DNA of 64,000 nucleotides, taken from assembly GCA_964627095.1 (NCBI GenBank), contig CAZVKH010000001.1, positions 86,337-150,336 on the forward strand, written 5' to 3'. Position numbers and translations under genes: made by a program. The notes below the pieces were generated by a model, which saw only the letters and a list, made by a program, of their open reading frames with translations, searched no databases and was not told the origin of the DNA. This DNA comes from an uncultured Candidatus Saccharibacteria bacterium (GTDB taxonomy: Bacteria > Patescibacteriota > Saccharimonadia > Saccharimonadales > JAUPVS01). The number at the start of each line of letters is the position of its first letter. The first letter of the stretch is position 1. This document shows, piece after piece, positions 27,854-37,734 of this stretch.

Positions 27854-28870
27854 ATGAAAAACTTAGTTTGTTGTGTAATTCCGAATTGGAATGGTAAAGA
27901 CTCGATTGGCGATGCCATTGAGTCGCTACAAGACCAGACTCAAAACAATACCATTATAGTTGTCGAAAATGGTTCAACTGACGGTTCAGTTGAGTATATT
28001 AAGCAAAAGTACCCGAATGTCACCCTGTTGGAAGAACCAAAGAACCTGGGTTTCGCTGGCGGGGTAAACGTTGGTATTCGTTATGCACTTAGTGAAGAGT
28101 TTGAATTCATAGCCCTATTTAATAACGATGCGGTGGCCGATAAAGAATGGCTTTCTAACCTTATTAAAGCCGCCCGCTCACACCCCAAAGCGGGCATGAT
28201 AACCTGCAAGTTCCTTGATTCTAAAGGTGACTTCTTTGATAGCACTGGCGACATATACACTATCTGGGGCCTTCCTCACCCACGTGGTAGAGGCGAACCT
28301 GTTTCTGCAAAATACGATTCCAAGAACTGGGTTTTTGCGGCCACAGGCGGTGCCAGCCTATATCGAGCGACTTTATTTAATGAAATTGGTTTGTTTGACG
28401 AGGACTTCTTTGCCTATTACGAAGATATTGATATTAGTTTCCGCGGCCAACTGGCTGGCTGGAAAACTTATTACCAACCCGCCGCCCTGGCATACCATCA
28501 AATTGGTGCGACGAGCGGCAAGATCAAGGGCTTCACAACCTACCAAAGCGCCAAGAACCTACCAATGCTTTTCTGGAAAAACGTCCCGTACAGCCTTTGG
28601 CCGACTGTTTTCCCGCGTCTATTCTTTGCTTACTGGATGTTTATAATACGGGCAATCACACGTGGTAATGGCTGGGCTGCCATTACTGGGCATTTTAGGG
28701 CCCTTTGTTTACTACCCAAGAAAATGCTACAACGTCATTACATCCAAAAGGGGCGCAAAATCAGCCCTAAGCAAGTTCGCTCTCTTCTGTCGCCAGATCT
28801 GCCACCAAATGCACATAATCTGCGCCGATTAAGAAGTTTTTATCACAAGAAAACAAGAGGCACAAAATGA
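27854..28870 (+). CDS. glycosyltransferase family 2 (rhamnosyltransferase-like)
   Basis: CCVIPNWNGKD..VVENGSTDGS..NLGFAGGVNVG..NNDAV..YEDIDISFR is the typical GT2 'rhamnosyltransferase' architecture. Confidence 0.85.
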   Translation: MKNLVCCVIPNWNGKDSIGDAIESLQDQTQNNTIIVVENGSTDGSVEYIKQKYPNVTLLEEPKNLGFAGGVNVGIRYALSEEFEFIALFNNDAVADKEWLSNLIKAARSHPKAGMITCKFLDSKGDFFDSTGDIYTIWGLPHPRGRGEPVSAKYDSKNWVFAATGGASLYRATLFNEIGLFDEDFFAYYEDIDISFRGQLAGWKTYYQPAALAYHQIGATSGKIKGFTTYQSAKNLPMLFWKNVPYSLWPTVFPRLFFAYWMFIIRAITRGNGWAAITGHFRALCLLPKKMLQRHYIQKGRKISPKQVRSLLSPDLPPNAHNLRRLRSFYHKKTRGTK

Positions 28871-29961
28871 AAAGAATCATTATCGACGCCCGTGAATCAG
28901 GCACCACTACCGGGCGCTATGTCGACAAGCTTATTGAACATCTGCACAAAATCGGCCCTAGACATGAAATTATAATTGTCGCCTACCCGCACCGCTTAGC
29001 TTTCTTAAGAAGCATTGCTCCAACTTTCAAGCTCGTTGAAACATCTTATAAAGAATTTAGCTTTGGTGAGCAGCTCGGTTTTAAGCGCCAGTTAAAGAAG
29101 CTTAAGGCCGACCTGGTGTTCTTCCCAATTGTGCAACAACCGGTTTTGTATCGTGGCGCCAAGGTTACTGCTATGCTTGACTTAACCACCTTGCGCTTCC
29201 GGAACCCGGCTAGGAATTATTTTGTCTTTAGGTTCAAGCAATTTGTTTACTACTTTGTAAATGTTATAGCCGCCAAGACCAGTCGGCAAATAATCACCAT
29301 CAGTAACTACGTTCGTAAAGACGTAGCTCATACCTTCCGTATACCAGAAAGTAAAATCACCACTACCTATAATGCCGCCGATAAGATCACTGAAAAGTCA
29401 GCGCCAATCAAGGTACTGAAAGGCAAACGCTACCTACTGTACGTCGGTCGCCCCTCTGCTAACAAAAACCTGAACCGGCTAGTTGATGCCTTTGCCATTC
29501 TAAAGAAGCGAAATCCCGACCTAGTACTGGTTTTTGCTGGCAAAACCAATTCTGAATACGAAAAGCTGCGCAGCTACGCCCGTAAAAAGGTTGGGCAGGG
29601 CGTTTTATTCACTGGTTTTGTAAGTGACGGTCAGCTGCGTTGGTTGTACGAGAATGGCGCTGTTTACGTCTTCCCGTCTTTGAGCGAGGGCTTTGGCTTA
29701 CCTGGCTTGGAGGCTATGCAATACGAGCTGCCGGTGGCCTCTAGTAACGCTACTTGCCTGCCAGAGGTCTACCAAGATGCCGCCCACTACTTTAACCCCT
29801 TCAGCGCCCAGCATATGGCCACCAAAGTGCAACAGATACTGGACGACCCTAAACTGGCCATGCGTTTGGTGGCCAATGGCAACAAGGTGCTGAAAAAATA
29901 CAGCTGGCGTAAAATGGCCGTCGAAACACTAGCCGTCTTTGAAAAAGCTCTACGCACCTAG
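28867..29961 (+). CDS. glycosyltransferase family 4
   Basis: YLLYVGRPSANKN..FPSLSEGFGLPGLEAMQYELPVASSNATCLPEV contains the E-x7-E GT4 motif. An ATGA overlap with the upstream GT2 indicates translational coupling. Confidence 0.85.
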   Translation: MKRIIIDARESGTTTGRYVDKLIEHLHKIGPRHEIIIVAYPHRLAFLRSIAPTFKLVETSYKEFSFGEQLGFKRQLKKLKADLVFFPIVQQPVLYRGAKVTAMLDLTTLRFRNPARNYFVFRFKQFVYYFVNVIAAKTSRQIITISNYVRKDVAHTFRIPESKITTTYNAADKITEKSAPIKVLKGKRYLLYVGRPSANKNLNRLVDAFAILKKRNPDLVLVFAGKTNSEYEKLRSYARKKVGQGVLFTGFVSDGQLRWLYENGAVYVFPSLSEGFGLPGLEAMQYELPVASSNATCLPEVYQDAAHYFNPFSAQHMATKVQQILDDPKLAMRLVANGNKVLKKYSWRKMAVETLAVFEKALRT

Positions 29962-30119
29962 CGCCCGGGGTTCAGCGGGGTATTCTTTTGTTCGGTCGAA
30001 GGGAGAAATAAAAAGAATTGGGGGTTGCCGAACCGCCGGACTCCCCAAGAAACTCCAAACTTGGGTTAACACCTATTGTGGCAACCCATCATTAAAAAGT
30101 TCTTAAATTTCAGAAGAAG

Positions 30120-30620
30120 TTAATCTTTGGTTTTGGCAGGGGCGTCACTGGCTTCAACAGTCACTTCTTCAGCCGGCTTAAGAACAATGTGTCGTTCCCG
30201 CGCTTCGCCAACCGACTCAGTCTGTAGACCAGCTTCGCTGGCAACCTGGTGGACGGTACGTCGGTCAGCCGCGTTCATCGGCTTCAGCTCCATCTTTTTG
30301 CCTGATGATTTAACTTCTGCTACCCAGGCTTCGGCCTCTTTGGCAACGCGCTCGGCCCGATTCTTCTTGTAATCAGCCACATCAACGTTAACCCGAGTAA
30401 CCTCGTAGCCGTTGTTCTTAAGGGCGCTCATAACCATAAATTGCAGGGCGCGCATGGTGTCGCCATGTTGGCCAATCAAAAAGCCATTCAAGTGGGTTGA
30501 CGGCACATGTAGCTCGATAACTTCGTTATCAGTTGTAGTGGCGTAAACGTCAATGTTCACACCAAAGAATGACAATAGGTTCTCTAGGTACTTTTTGGCG
30601 TACTGGATTGACTCTTCCAT
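30120..30620 (-). CDS. jag: Jag/KhpB RNA-binding protein (KH + R3H domains)
   Basis: LNGFLIGQHGDTMRALQ is a KH GxxG-like loop. The C-terminal MNAADRRTVHQVASE..ESVGE is R3H. The gene sits immediately downstream of yidC, as in most bacteria. Confidence 0.85.
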   Translation of the reverse strand: MEESIQYAKKYLENLLSFFGVNIDVYATTTDNEVIELHVPSTHLNGFLIGQHGDTMRALQFMVMSALKNNGYEVTRVNVDVADYKKNRAERVAKEAEAWVAEVKSSGKKMELKPMNAADRRTVHQVASEAGLQTESVGEARERHIVLKPAEEVTVEASDAPAKTKD

Positions 30621-30622
30621 AG

Positions 30623-31543
30623 CTACTTCCTCCGCTTTGCCTTTTTCTTGGCGGGTTTTTTGGCTTTAGGCTTCTTAATAATTTCACCTTCGACGACCTT
30701 TTTTTGCTTAATAAGTGGGGCATCGGCCACAGCTTCTAGCTCGGCCTCGTCTTGGTTAAGCACTCTGTTCTGCTGAAGAATTGCAATCAGGCCACCAACA
30801 AACCAGTACAGCGACAGAGCCGAGGCAATACCTAGAGTTACAAAGAATATCAACACCGGTATCATCAGTGTTGTAAAGCGACCGGTGGCGGCTTGCATTT
30901 CACTTTGATCGGCTTTTTCGCCAGACGAAGCTTCTTTAAGAATCTGGCGCAGACCTTTCTTTTCGGCTGGCGCCGGCAGTAGTTGTTTACTCTGGAAATA
31001 TTGGGTAATGGCACTACCCGCCACCAGAATCAAGGCCGGTATGTACCAAACCCCATTGGTTAAAGCGGCTCGGTTCAGGTCAACTAAGCCGAACAGGGTT
31101 GGCTCAAATAAATCGATGTTACCGGCTAGCTCTTTTATCCAAGGTAGATTCCTAATAAATGGATAGGTCTGGCTTACCAACTGTTCCGGATTGGCGATAA
31201 GGTTTTTCAGGCCGATATATAAACCAATTAAGATCGGGAACTGCAACAGGGTTAGACCCAGAGTTGCAAAGGGGTTAATTTTGCGTTCCTTATATAGCTC
31301 CATGGTTAGAGCCGATTCTTTGGCACGGTCACCCTTAGTGGCGGCCTTAATCTTTTTTAGTTCGGGCTGGAGTTCACGCAATTTTTTGGTGTGGTGCAGT
31401 TGCTTTTTAATAAGTGGCCACAACAACAAACGAATCACGATCGTGAATATAATGATCGCCATACCAAAATCGTGACCAGGCAGTAGTGCGTAAATTAGCG
31501 CCAACAGGTTAAATAGTGGCTGCACAATAAGTGTATTAAACAT
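30623..31543 (-). CDS. yidC: membrane protein insertase YidC (short, monoderm type)
   Basis: GMAIIIFTIVIRLLLWPL..KQ..ELQPELKKI..KINPF matches the YidC/Oxa1 core, and the C-tail is lysine-rich. Synteny is rnpA-yidC-jag. Confidence 0.9.
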   Translation of the reverse strand: MFNTLIVQPLFNLLALIYALLPGHDFGMAIIIFTIVIRLLLWPLIKKQLHHTKKLRELQPELKKIKAATKGDRAKESALTMELYKERKINPFATLGLTLLQFPILIGLYIGLKNLIANPEQLVSQTYPFIRNLPWIKELAGNIDLFEPTLFGLVDLNRAALTNGVWYIPALILVAGSAITQYFQSKQLLPAPAEKKGLRQILKEASSGEKADQSEMQAATGRFTTLMIPVLIFFVTLGIASALSLYWFVGGLIAILQQNRVLNQDEAELEAVADAPLIKQKKVVEGEIIKKPKAKKPAKKKAKRRK

Positions 31544-31579
31544 AAATCTCCTTTGGTTCTATCATAACACGAGCCCTGT

Positions 31580-31936
31580 CTAGCCGGTTTTGGTTTGCAT
31601 AAGTTCGGCTTGATCAAGCAGGCTCTGGACTTGGTCACGTAGCTCGTTGATAGGTACTTCAGCCGCCTGGGGGCTAAAAACTGTTAACACCAGGTCAAAC
31701 GGTTGGCTATGCACTAAATGCTCTCGAAATACCTCGTAGATACGGCGGCGCATGCGGTTCCGCTGAACGGCTGACTTATGAACCTTCTTGCTAACCACCA
31801 CGGCCAAGCGATAATCTTCGCGCTTGCTATTGGGACAATAGCGCAAACCCATTAACGGACCACGAACCGTCTTGCCATGTCGATAGACATAGCGCAGACT
31901 GCCGTACCCATGAAAACGGTTGGCGCGTCCTATCAC
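31580..31936 (-). CDS. rnpA: ribonuclease P protein component
   Basis: GTG start. The RNR motif region reads VVVSKKVHKSAVQRNRMRRRIYEVF. The gene follows rpmH. Confidence 0.9.
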   Translation of the reverse strand: MIGRANRFHGYGSLRYVYRHGKTVRGPLMGLRYCPNSKREDYRLAVVVSKKVHKSAVQRNRMRRRIYEVFREHLVHSQPFDLVLTVFSPQAAEVPINELRDQVQSLLDQAELMQTKTG

Positions 31937-31953
31937 TTGGTTCTCCTATTGGT

Positions 31954-32091
31954 CTAATGCGTTAAACGATGTCGGCCTTTGATTCGGCGGCGCTTTAAAA
32001 CGGCGCGGCCGGTTTTGTTGGCCATGCGCTTAAAGAAACCGTGCTCACGGGCGCGATGACGTTTTTTGGGTTGATAAGTTCGTTTTGGCAT
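31954..32091 (-). CDS. rpmH: 50S ribosomal protein L34
   Basis: Below the ORF-track size cut-off. The reverse strand reads [45 protein letters not shown] (45 aa), which is canonical L34. Confidence 0.95.
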   Translation of the reverse strand: MPKRTYQPKKRHRAREHGFFKRMANKTGRAVLKRRRIKGRHRLTH

Positions 32092-32401
32092 AATCTTCTT
32101 TCTGTATGTGCTCCTAAAGTATACCAGAGCACACCTCTATACGACGAACGACCCAGTCAAGGTCCGTACGTTCGTAAAATTAACAATGTTTACCCCGTCA
32201 ATTCTAGCAAGTTTTCCCCAGATGGACAAACTTTTTCCACACATTCTCTAGGGGTGGTGAGTGGCTGTGTACAAATTTACCCCTAAAAGCCTATTTTGGA
32301 CTGTCCGGCAATTTGGTTTATAAAAAGCTGTGGAAAACCCCAAATATTATGTGTATAGTAAGGCTACTAGCGAGGGATGGCAGCGGGTAAAAGGAGATAA
32401 A
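32092..32401. promoter_or_regulatory. rpmH-dnaA intergenic region with DnaA-box-like 9-mers (left part of putative oriC, and dnaA promoter)
   Basis: TTTTCCACA lies at 32233-32241 and its inverted copy TGTGGAAAA at 32329-32337. TGTGTACAA (reverse complement TTGTACACA) lies at 32266-32274. All fit TTNTNCACA. Confidence 0.5.
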
Positions 32402-33787
32402 GTGTTGGTAAAAGAAGCTGATGTTTGGCAGGCGGTTCTGGGCGAAATAGAGCTCAGTGTTCCTCATGGCAGCTACATAACCTGGTTTAAACCGACTCGC
32501 ATACTTAAAATGACTGACGAAGTTTTGGTAATTGGCGTGGTTAACGTCTTTGCTAAGCAACAGATGGAAAAACGCTACACGCCACTTCTAAAAGAAATCC
32601 TAGCCAAGAATGGCGTTAAAGCTAAGACACTTGAGTTCAAAATAAATTCCAGCCTTGGTGTTAAAAGATCTAACGAAGACGACACCGTAGTTGTACAAAA
32701 AGAGAACACGCCGGCCCCAAAACAAACACCGGCTTATCGCAGCAGCGGCAACACCTTGAGCCACTCTTATCGCCAGGGGCTAAACGAGCGCTATACTTTT
32801 GATAACTTTGTAGTCGGCTCTGGTAATGAGCTAGCTTACGCTGCCTGCCAAGCCATCGCTCAAAACCCAGGCACAAAATATAACCCGCTCTTTTTATATG
32901 GTGGCGCCGGTATTGGCAAAACTCATCTTATTCAAGCCGTTGGTAACGCTGTTATCACCAATAAAAAGGATGCTCGCGTTGTTTATGCCTCAACTGAGCA
33001 ATTCGTTCAAGAGTTTGTTGATGCTCTGCGCTACAAAAAGAACACCGACTTCGCTAATCACTACCGCAATGTCGATGTTTTAATTGTTGACGATGTGCAG
33101 TTTTTGGCCGGGAAGGAAAAAATCCAGGAAGAGTTTTTCCATACCTTTAATGCTCTCCATCAAGCCAATAAACAGATTATTATTAGCAGTGACAAACCGC
33201 CGCGCGATATTCCAACCCTAGAAGACCGCCTAAAATCGCGTTTTACCTGGGGGATGTCGATCGACATGCAAAACCCAGACTTTGAAACCCGTTGTGCTAT
33301 TGTCCAAATCAAAGCCTCGGCTCATAACCTAAACCTTGAACCAGATTTGGTTGAGTTCTTGTCGAACCTATACCAGACCAATATCAGGGAACTAGAAGGC
33401 GCCTTAAACCAGCTATTAGCATTCTGCGAAATGCGTGGCTTGGAGCCAGACCTAATTGTTGCTACCGGTTTGTTGGGCGGCCGCAAGAGTCGCCCCAAAC
33501 ACGTTACCCCAAAACAAGTGGTTGAGCGTACTGCCAAACACTTCCATGTATCAATTGACGATATTATTGGCCCCAAGCGCGACAAAGACATTGTGGTGCC
33601 GCGACAGGTAGCCATGTATATATTGCGCAGCGAGCTTCATATGAGCTTTCCAAAGATCGCCCAGGAACTAGGCCGTAAAGACCACACCACCGCCATACAT
33701 TCTGTTGAAAAAATCAACAAAGAAATGGCTTTTGATACCGATATTCGCGAAGCTATTGCCCAAATTAAGGAGCGTTTGTATGTTTAA
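32402..33787 (+). CDS. dnaA: chromosomal replication initiator protein DnaA
   Basis: Walker A is GGAGIGKTHL, Walker B is VLIVDDVQFL, and the domain IV helix is RQVAMYILRSEL..SFPKIAQELGRKDHTTAIHSVEKI. I place the start at the in-frame GTG at 32402, which has AAGGAG 5 nt upstream. The track ATG at 32330 adds 24 non-conserved residues across a DnaA box. Confidence 0.95.
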   Translation: MLVKEADVWQAVLGEIELSVPHGSYITWFKPTRILKMTDEVLVIGVVNVFAKQQMEKRYTPLLKEILAKNGVKAKTLEFKINSSLGVKRSNEDDTVVVQKENTPAPKQTPAYRSSGNTLSHSYRQGLNERYTFDNFVVGSGNELAYAACQAIAQNPGTKYNPLFLYGGAGIGKTHLIQAVGNAVITNKKDARVVYASTEQFVQEFVDALRYKKNTDFANHYRNVDVLIVDDVQFLAGKEKIQEEFFHTFNALHQANKQIIISSDKPPRDIPTLEDRLKSRFTWGMSIDMQNPDFETRCAIVQIKASAHNLNLEPDLVEFLSNLYQTNIRELEGALNQLLAFCEMRGLEPDLIVATGLLGGRKSRPKHVTPKQVVERTAKHFHVSIDDIIGPKRDKDIVVPRQVAMYILRSELHMSFPKIAQELGRKDHTTAIHSVEKINKEMAFDTDIREAIAQIKERLYV

Positions 33788-34028
33788 GGCTTGTGGACAA
33801 ACTATGGTTTACTTGCGGGTATCTTTTGGCTTATCCCCTGCCCTACTTAAACAGAAATTATTTGTGGGTATAAGCCCGTCTTTATACCAGCGGTTGTCCA
33901 AATTTTGTACTCAGTTTTTACACACCACTAGAACCATTATTACATCTGTTAAATTAACCTTTTACCCATTTTACACACCCCCTACTATAACGATAACTAC
34001 ATATATATAAGGAGTAATAGTAATTGTT
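33788..34028. promoter_or_regulatory. dnaA-dnaN intergenic DnaA-box cluster plus AT-rich stretch (right part of putative oriC)
   Basis: TGTGGACAA lies at 33792-33800 (reverse complement TTGTCCACA). TTTTACACA occurs twice, at 33916-33924 and 33969-33977, each within the 11-mer TTTTACACACC. A weaker TGTGGGTAT lies at 33863-33871. An AT-rich tract (CTATAACGATAACTACATATATATAAGGAGTAATAGTAATTGTT) lies just before dnaN. Confidence 0.6.
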
Positions 34029-35120
34029 ATGAAGCTACAAGTTACCCAAGAAAATCTAAACAAAGCCTTAGCCAATGTTGCCCGCATTGCCAATAGCCGC
34101 ACTACCCTACCCATCCTTTCCAACGTGCTACTAAAAACCGTAAATAATCGTTTAAGCATCGCTGCCACAAACCTAGACATTGCCATCACCCACTATGTTG
34201 GTGCCAAGGTTCAAAAAGAAGGCTCAATTACTGTTCCAGCTCGCCTTATGCAAGACTTCGTTGGCAGTCTACCAAACGGTACAATCACACTTGAATTAGA
34301 TGAACATAAACTTAAAGTGAGTGCCGGCCAATACCAATCGACAATTAACGGAATAAGCGCCGAAGACTACCCAGTAATGCCGGCTATTACTGATGGTGCC
34401 GAATGGTCGATCCCCACCCCAGTTTTTAAAAAAGGTTTGCAACAAGTTGTTTTGGCGGCTTCAGGTGACGAGACTAGACCAGTTCTAACTGGTATATATC
34501 TATACACAGAAAGCAATAACCTATATTTGGCTGCCACCGACAGCTATCGATTAGCCGAGAAAAAACTAACCAAGCTCGACAACCCTGTTAAGCTACTCGT
34601 CCCGGCAACAGCTATGCAAGACCTGTTGCGCGTACTTGGTGACGGCGAAGAGGTTGTTAGTGTGGTCCACGACGATCAGCAAGTATTATTTAAAGTAAAT
34701 GATGTCGAGCTAGTGGCGCGACTAATTGAGGGTAATTATCCAGATTACAAACGTCTTATACCGGCTAGCTTTGTTACCACTGCCACGATTAAAAAGTCTG
34801 AGCTTAGTAGTATTACTAAAGTTTCTAGTTTGTTTGCCCGCGAAAGCGCCGGTAGCGTGACACTAAAAGTCGATGAAACTAAACAACAAATCAGTATTCA
34901 CTCAGTCGCCTCACAACTTGGCGAAAATACCGCCCAAGCCGAAGCCCAGATTAAGGGAGACGGCGAGATCACTCTTAATTCTAGGTACCTTTTAGACGCA
35001 CTTGGTGTAATCGACGGTGACGAAGTGGACTTTTGTTTTAATGGTAAACTCGAAGCCTGTGTAATTAAAGCGACTAAAAGCAAAGACTATATTCACATCA
35101 TCATGCCACTTAAGAGCTAA
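34029..35120 (+). CDS. dnaN: DNA polymerase III beta sliding clamp
   Basis: The 363-aa sequence MKLQVTQENLNKALANVARIANSRTTLPILSNVLL...ATDSYRLAE has the canonical three-domain clamp signature and dnaA-dnaN synteny. Confidence 0.95.
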   Translation: MKLQVTQENLNKALANVARIANSRTTLPILSNVLLKTVNNRLSIAATNLDIAITHYVGAKVQKEGSITVPARLMQDFVGSLPNGTITLELDEHKLKVSAGQYQSTINGISAEDYPVMPAITDGAEWSIPTPVFKKGLQQVVLAASGDETRPVLTGIYLYTESNNLYLAATDSYRLAEKKLTKLDNPVKLLVPATAMQDLLRVLGDGEEVVSVVHDDQQVLFKVNDVELVARLIEGNYPDYKRLIPASFVTTATIKKSELSSITKVSSLFARESAGSVTLKVDETKQQISIHSVASQLGENTAQAEAQIKGDGEITLNSRYLLDALGVIDGDEVDFCFNGKLEACVIKATKSKDYIHIIMPLKS

Positions 35121-35140
35121 GCGTCTACAATAAGAGTGAT

Positions 35141-36196
35141 ATGATCACCAACCTTCGCCTACAACAGTTTCGCTCTTATCAAGACAGCACGTTTGATTTT
35201 AAAGAAGGTGTAAACGTTATTGCTGGCCCCAATGCCAGTGGAAAAACCAACATACTGGAAGCTATTTTGTTTTGCGCCCAAGGAAAATCTTATCGCGCCA
35301 AAGACACCGAGCTTGTTCAGAACGGTAAAGACTGGTCGCGCCTAGACTCTGTTTTCAACAGTAAACCACGGGTGATAAAGATAGTTAAAGAAGATCAGAC
35401 CAGTAAAAAATCTTTTGATATCGAAGGTAAAATATATTCCCGGCTGAGCCACAAAACAACCATACCGGTTGTGGTGTTTGAACCGAACCACCTGCTCATG
35501 TTAAGTGGCTCTCCAGAACTACGCAGAGCCTTCCTGGACGGCTTAATAGAACAAACTGACCCAGAGCACACAACCACGGTAAATAAATACAAGCGCGCCT
35601 TGCTGCAACGAAACCGTTTATTAAAGAACCACGGGCAAGCGATGAAAAACCAACTGTTTGTGTGGGACATCCGACTTAGTGAACTCGGCGCCCAGTTAGT
35701 TGCCGCCCGCCATAAACTGATTAACCAAATTAACCAACAGCTTAGCCAAACCTATAGCAACCTGGCCGGGTCTTCCAATGAGCTTAGGGTTACCTACAGT
35801 AATGCAGTAGAGCCAGAAGCCTACGCTTCTTATATGCTTAAACGGCTCGAAAAAGACCTAGAACTCGATAGCTTAAGAGGCTACACCGGCGCTGGTCCCC
35901 ACCGTGAAGACATAGTCTTTAGTATTAATACTCGGCCCTTGGCAATTAGCGCCTCACGCGGCGAAGCCCGGACCACCCTTTTAGCCCTAAAAACCATTGA
36001 GCTAAACATGATAGAAAGCATCAGGTCGGCCAAACCGATTTTGTTGCTAGATGACGTCTTTAGTGAGCTTGATGGCCTGCGCCGCAAATCTCTCACCACT
36101 TTCATTACCACCCACCAGACGTTTATTACTACGACTGATGCTGATGTTGCTAAAAGACAGCCAACCCGTAAAACAAATCTAATAAAGCTAGGCTAA
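35141..36196 (+). CDS. recF: DNA replication/repair protein RecF
   Basis: LRLQQFRSY precedes Walker A GPNASGKTNILEA. The signature and Walker B region is LLLDDVFSELD. Synteny is dnaN-recF. Confidence 0.9.
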   Translation: MITNLRLQQFRSYQDSTFDFKEGVNVIAGPNASGKTNILEAILFCAQGKSYRAKDTELVQNGKDWSRLDSVFNSKPRVIKIVKEDQTSKKSFDIEGKIYSRLSHKTTIPVVVFEPNHLLMLSGSPELRRAFLDGLIEQTDPEHTTTVNKYKRALLQRNRLLKNHGQAMKNQLFVWDIRLSELGAQLVAARHKLINQINQQLSQTYSNLAGSSNELRVTYSNAVEPEAYASYMLKRLEKDLELDSLRGYTGAGPHREDIVFSINTRPLAISASRGEARTTLLALKTIELNMIESIRSAKPILLLDDVFSELDGLRRKSLTTFITTHQTFITTTDADVAKRQPTRKTNLIKLG

Positions 36197-36197
36197 A

Positions 36198-37724
36198 TTA
36201 AAGAGTTAAGATAATGATGTAAACGGCTGGGTCTAAGCCAAGCTCTTGTATCTTTTTTGCGATAGCCGCCCTAGAGTTTGCCAGTTTGGCCTCGTCAGGC
36301 CCATAGCCGTCACCTTGTTGGGTTGTGATTGTACCGGCATTAGGTGATATGTATATGAAGTTTTTATAGGCAGAGACGTTTAATACTTCGGGCATCGATT
36401 GCAAGTCGGCGACTTTTCGGTCAATACTGTCGTTGTTAGGCAGTTTGGCGTTGACGAAAAGGGCAACCTTTTTCTGCTTGTTATCTATCAAACAGACGCT
36501 GAAGCCATTTTGAGACTCTTGCGCGCCGCAATAGGTGTAGTTATTGCCAAAACTATAACTTATGTGGCCGCTGGCCGAATCTGGGTTGAACAACCAAACA
36601 CCATCATTTTTTACCAATAGGATGTTTTTATCACTTTGGAATATTTCTTCTACCCCCGTGACGCGATACATAAAACTAGGCTTGTCGGTTGTTAAATCGT
36701 AAACATCAACCTGCTTCTCGTTAAGTAGGCACAGCTTGTTATCTCCACAGAAGAGTATCGATGTTGGGTTTACCTCTATGTAAAAACGGCTGTCGGCGCC
36801 ATTTTTATTTACTACTATCTCTGTCTTAACTTTTCCAGGATTGTCGTTGTCTAGATCGGCCTTTTCACCTTCGGTGTTGTTAGAAAAAGCTAAGGCTGTT
36901 TGCGCACCACTGGTCGCCCACGCTGCTGGCTTAAGCTTGGAATCGGCCGGCTTACCAAACGTGACTAGCTGAGGCTTTGCTTCAATACTTGAAAAGTACT
37001 GGCCGTCGTTAGAGGTTGTGCTGTGCACAATAAACCCATCTTTGTAATTTTTTATACTATAAGTTTTTGAGGCATCCAAATCTAGGATCAATGCCTCTTT
37101 AGATGTTTGCAGGTTATCGTCTAGTAAGAACACGGCAATAGACTTTTGAGGGTCGTCTTCGCCTGCCTCGAGGCGGGTTAGGATGATAACCCCTTCCTTG
37201 GTGCGCACCATACCTTGCGGATACTGATAGCCGAACTCCTCAATTGACAGGTTAACAGTTGGCGTTTGCGCTGTAGCTGGTTGGTGCAAGGTTAGACCGG
37301 CTATGTCTGAGCACTCGTAAGAAGCCAACACTACACCAGTAAAATACATGCAAGGGCTGGGGTTGTTCCCCACGAATTGCCGGGAATTTTCACCCTCTAG
37401 ACGGATTGAAGTTTTGCTTGTGCGCAAAAAGCCAGGCGACTGGGTAATGCTTAGGCCGCTCTTACCAGTTTGGGTGGCTGTTATTTGGTAGTCCCCTTTT
37501 CTGAGGAGCTTTTTTACTTTATTTGTCGAGCTGCTTACGGTGCTAGAGCTATCATTGCTTTGATTTGTAAGTTTAATGCTAGTGTTTCCGCTGGCGCCTT
37601 CGACCGAAACTTCTATGAACGAGTAATTCCAGATCAGCCAAAAAACACTGGCTATAGCAAACACTATAGCCACTAATGAAATGTAGAGTTTTGCTTTGGA
37701 CTTAGAGGGGATGTCGTTATTCAT
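36198..37724 (-). CDS. membrane-anchored extracytoplasmic protein, last gene of the T4SS-like operon (unknown function)
   Basis: The start is set at the ATG at 37724 (MNNDIPSK), preceded by TAAGGAG and 10 nt after the upstream stop. It has a single N-terminal TM (LYISLVAIVFAIASVFWLIW) followed by about 470 aa of beta-rich sequence. Its stop is 1 nt from the recF stop, in convergent orientation. Confidence 0.6.
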   Translation of the reverse strand: MNNDIPSKSKAKLYISLVAIVFAIASVFWLIWNYSFIEVSVEGASGNTSIKLTNQSNDSSSTVSSSTNKVKKLLRKGDYQITATQTGKSGLSITQSPGFLRTSKTSIRLEGENSRQFVGNNPSPCMYFTGVVLASYECSDIAGLTLHQPATAQTPTVNLSIEEFGYQYPQGMVRTKEGVIILTRLEAGEDDPQKSIAVFLLDDNLQTSKEALILDLDASKTYSIKNYKDGFIVHSTTSNDGQYFSSIEAKPQLVTFGKPADSKLKPAAWATSGAQTALAFSNNTEGEKADLDNDNPGKVKTEIVVNKNGADSRFYIEVNPTSILFCGDNKLCLLNEKQVDVYDLTTDKPSFMYRVTGVEEIFQSDKNILLVKNDGVWLFNPDSASGHISYSFGNNYTYCGAQESQNGFSVCLIDNKQKKVALFVNAKLPNNDSIDRKVADLQSMPEVLNVSAYKNFIYISPNAGTITTQQGDGYGPDEAKLANSRAAIAKKIQELGLDPAVYIIILTL

Positions 37725-37734
37725 AAAACTCTCC

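Noticed and set aside
32041-32560. ORFs 32041-32286 (plus strand, 81 aa) and 32318-32560 (minus strand, 80 aa), plus the 24-codon N-terminal extension of dnaA (32330-32401). The 101-aa ORF at 33705-34010 in the dnaA-dnaN spacer is a similar case.
   Set aside because: The first overlaps rpmH antisense and then crosses the DnaA-box region. The second is antisense to the dnaA start. The dnaA extension lacks an RBS, whereas the GTG at 32402 has AAGGAG at ideal spacing. The spacer ORF crosses the DnaA boxes and the AT-rich tract.
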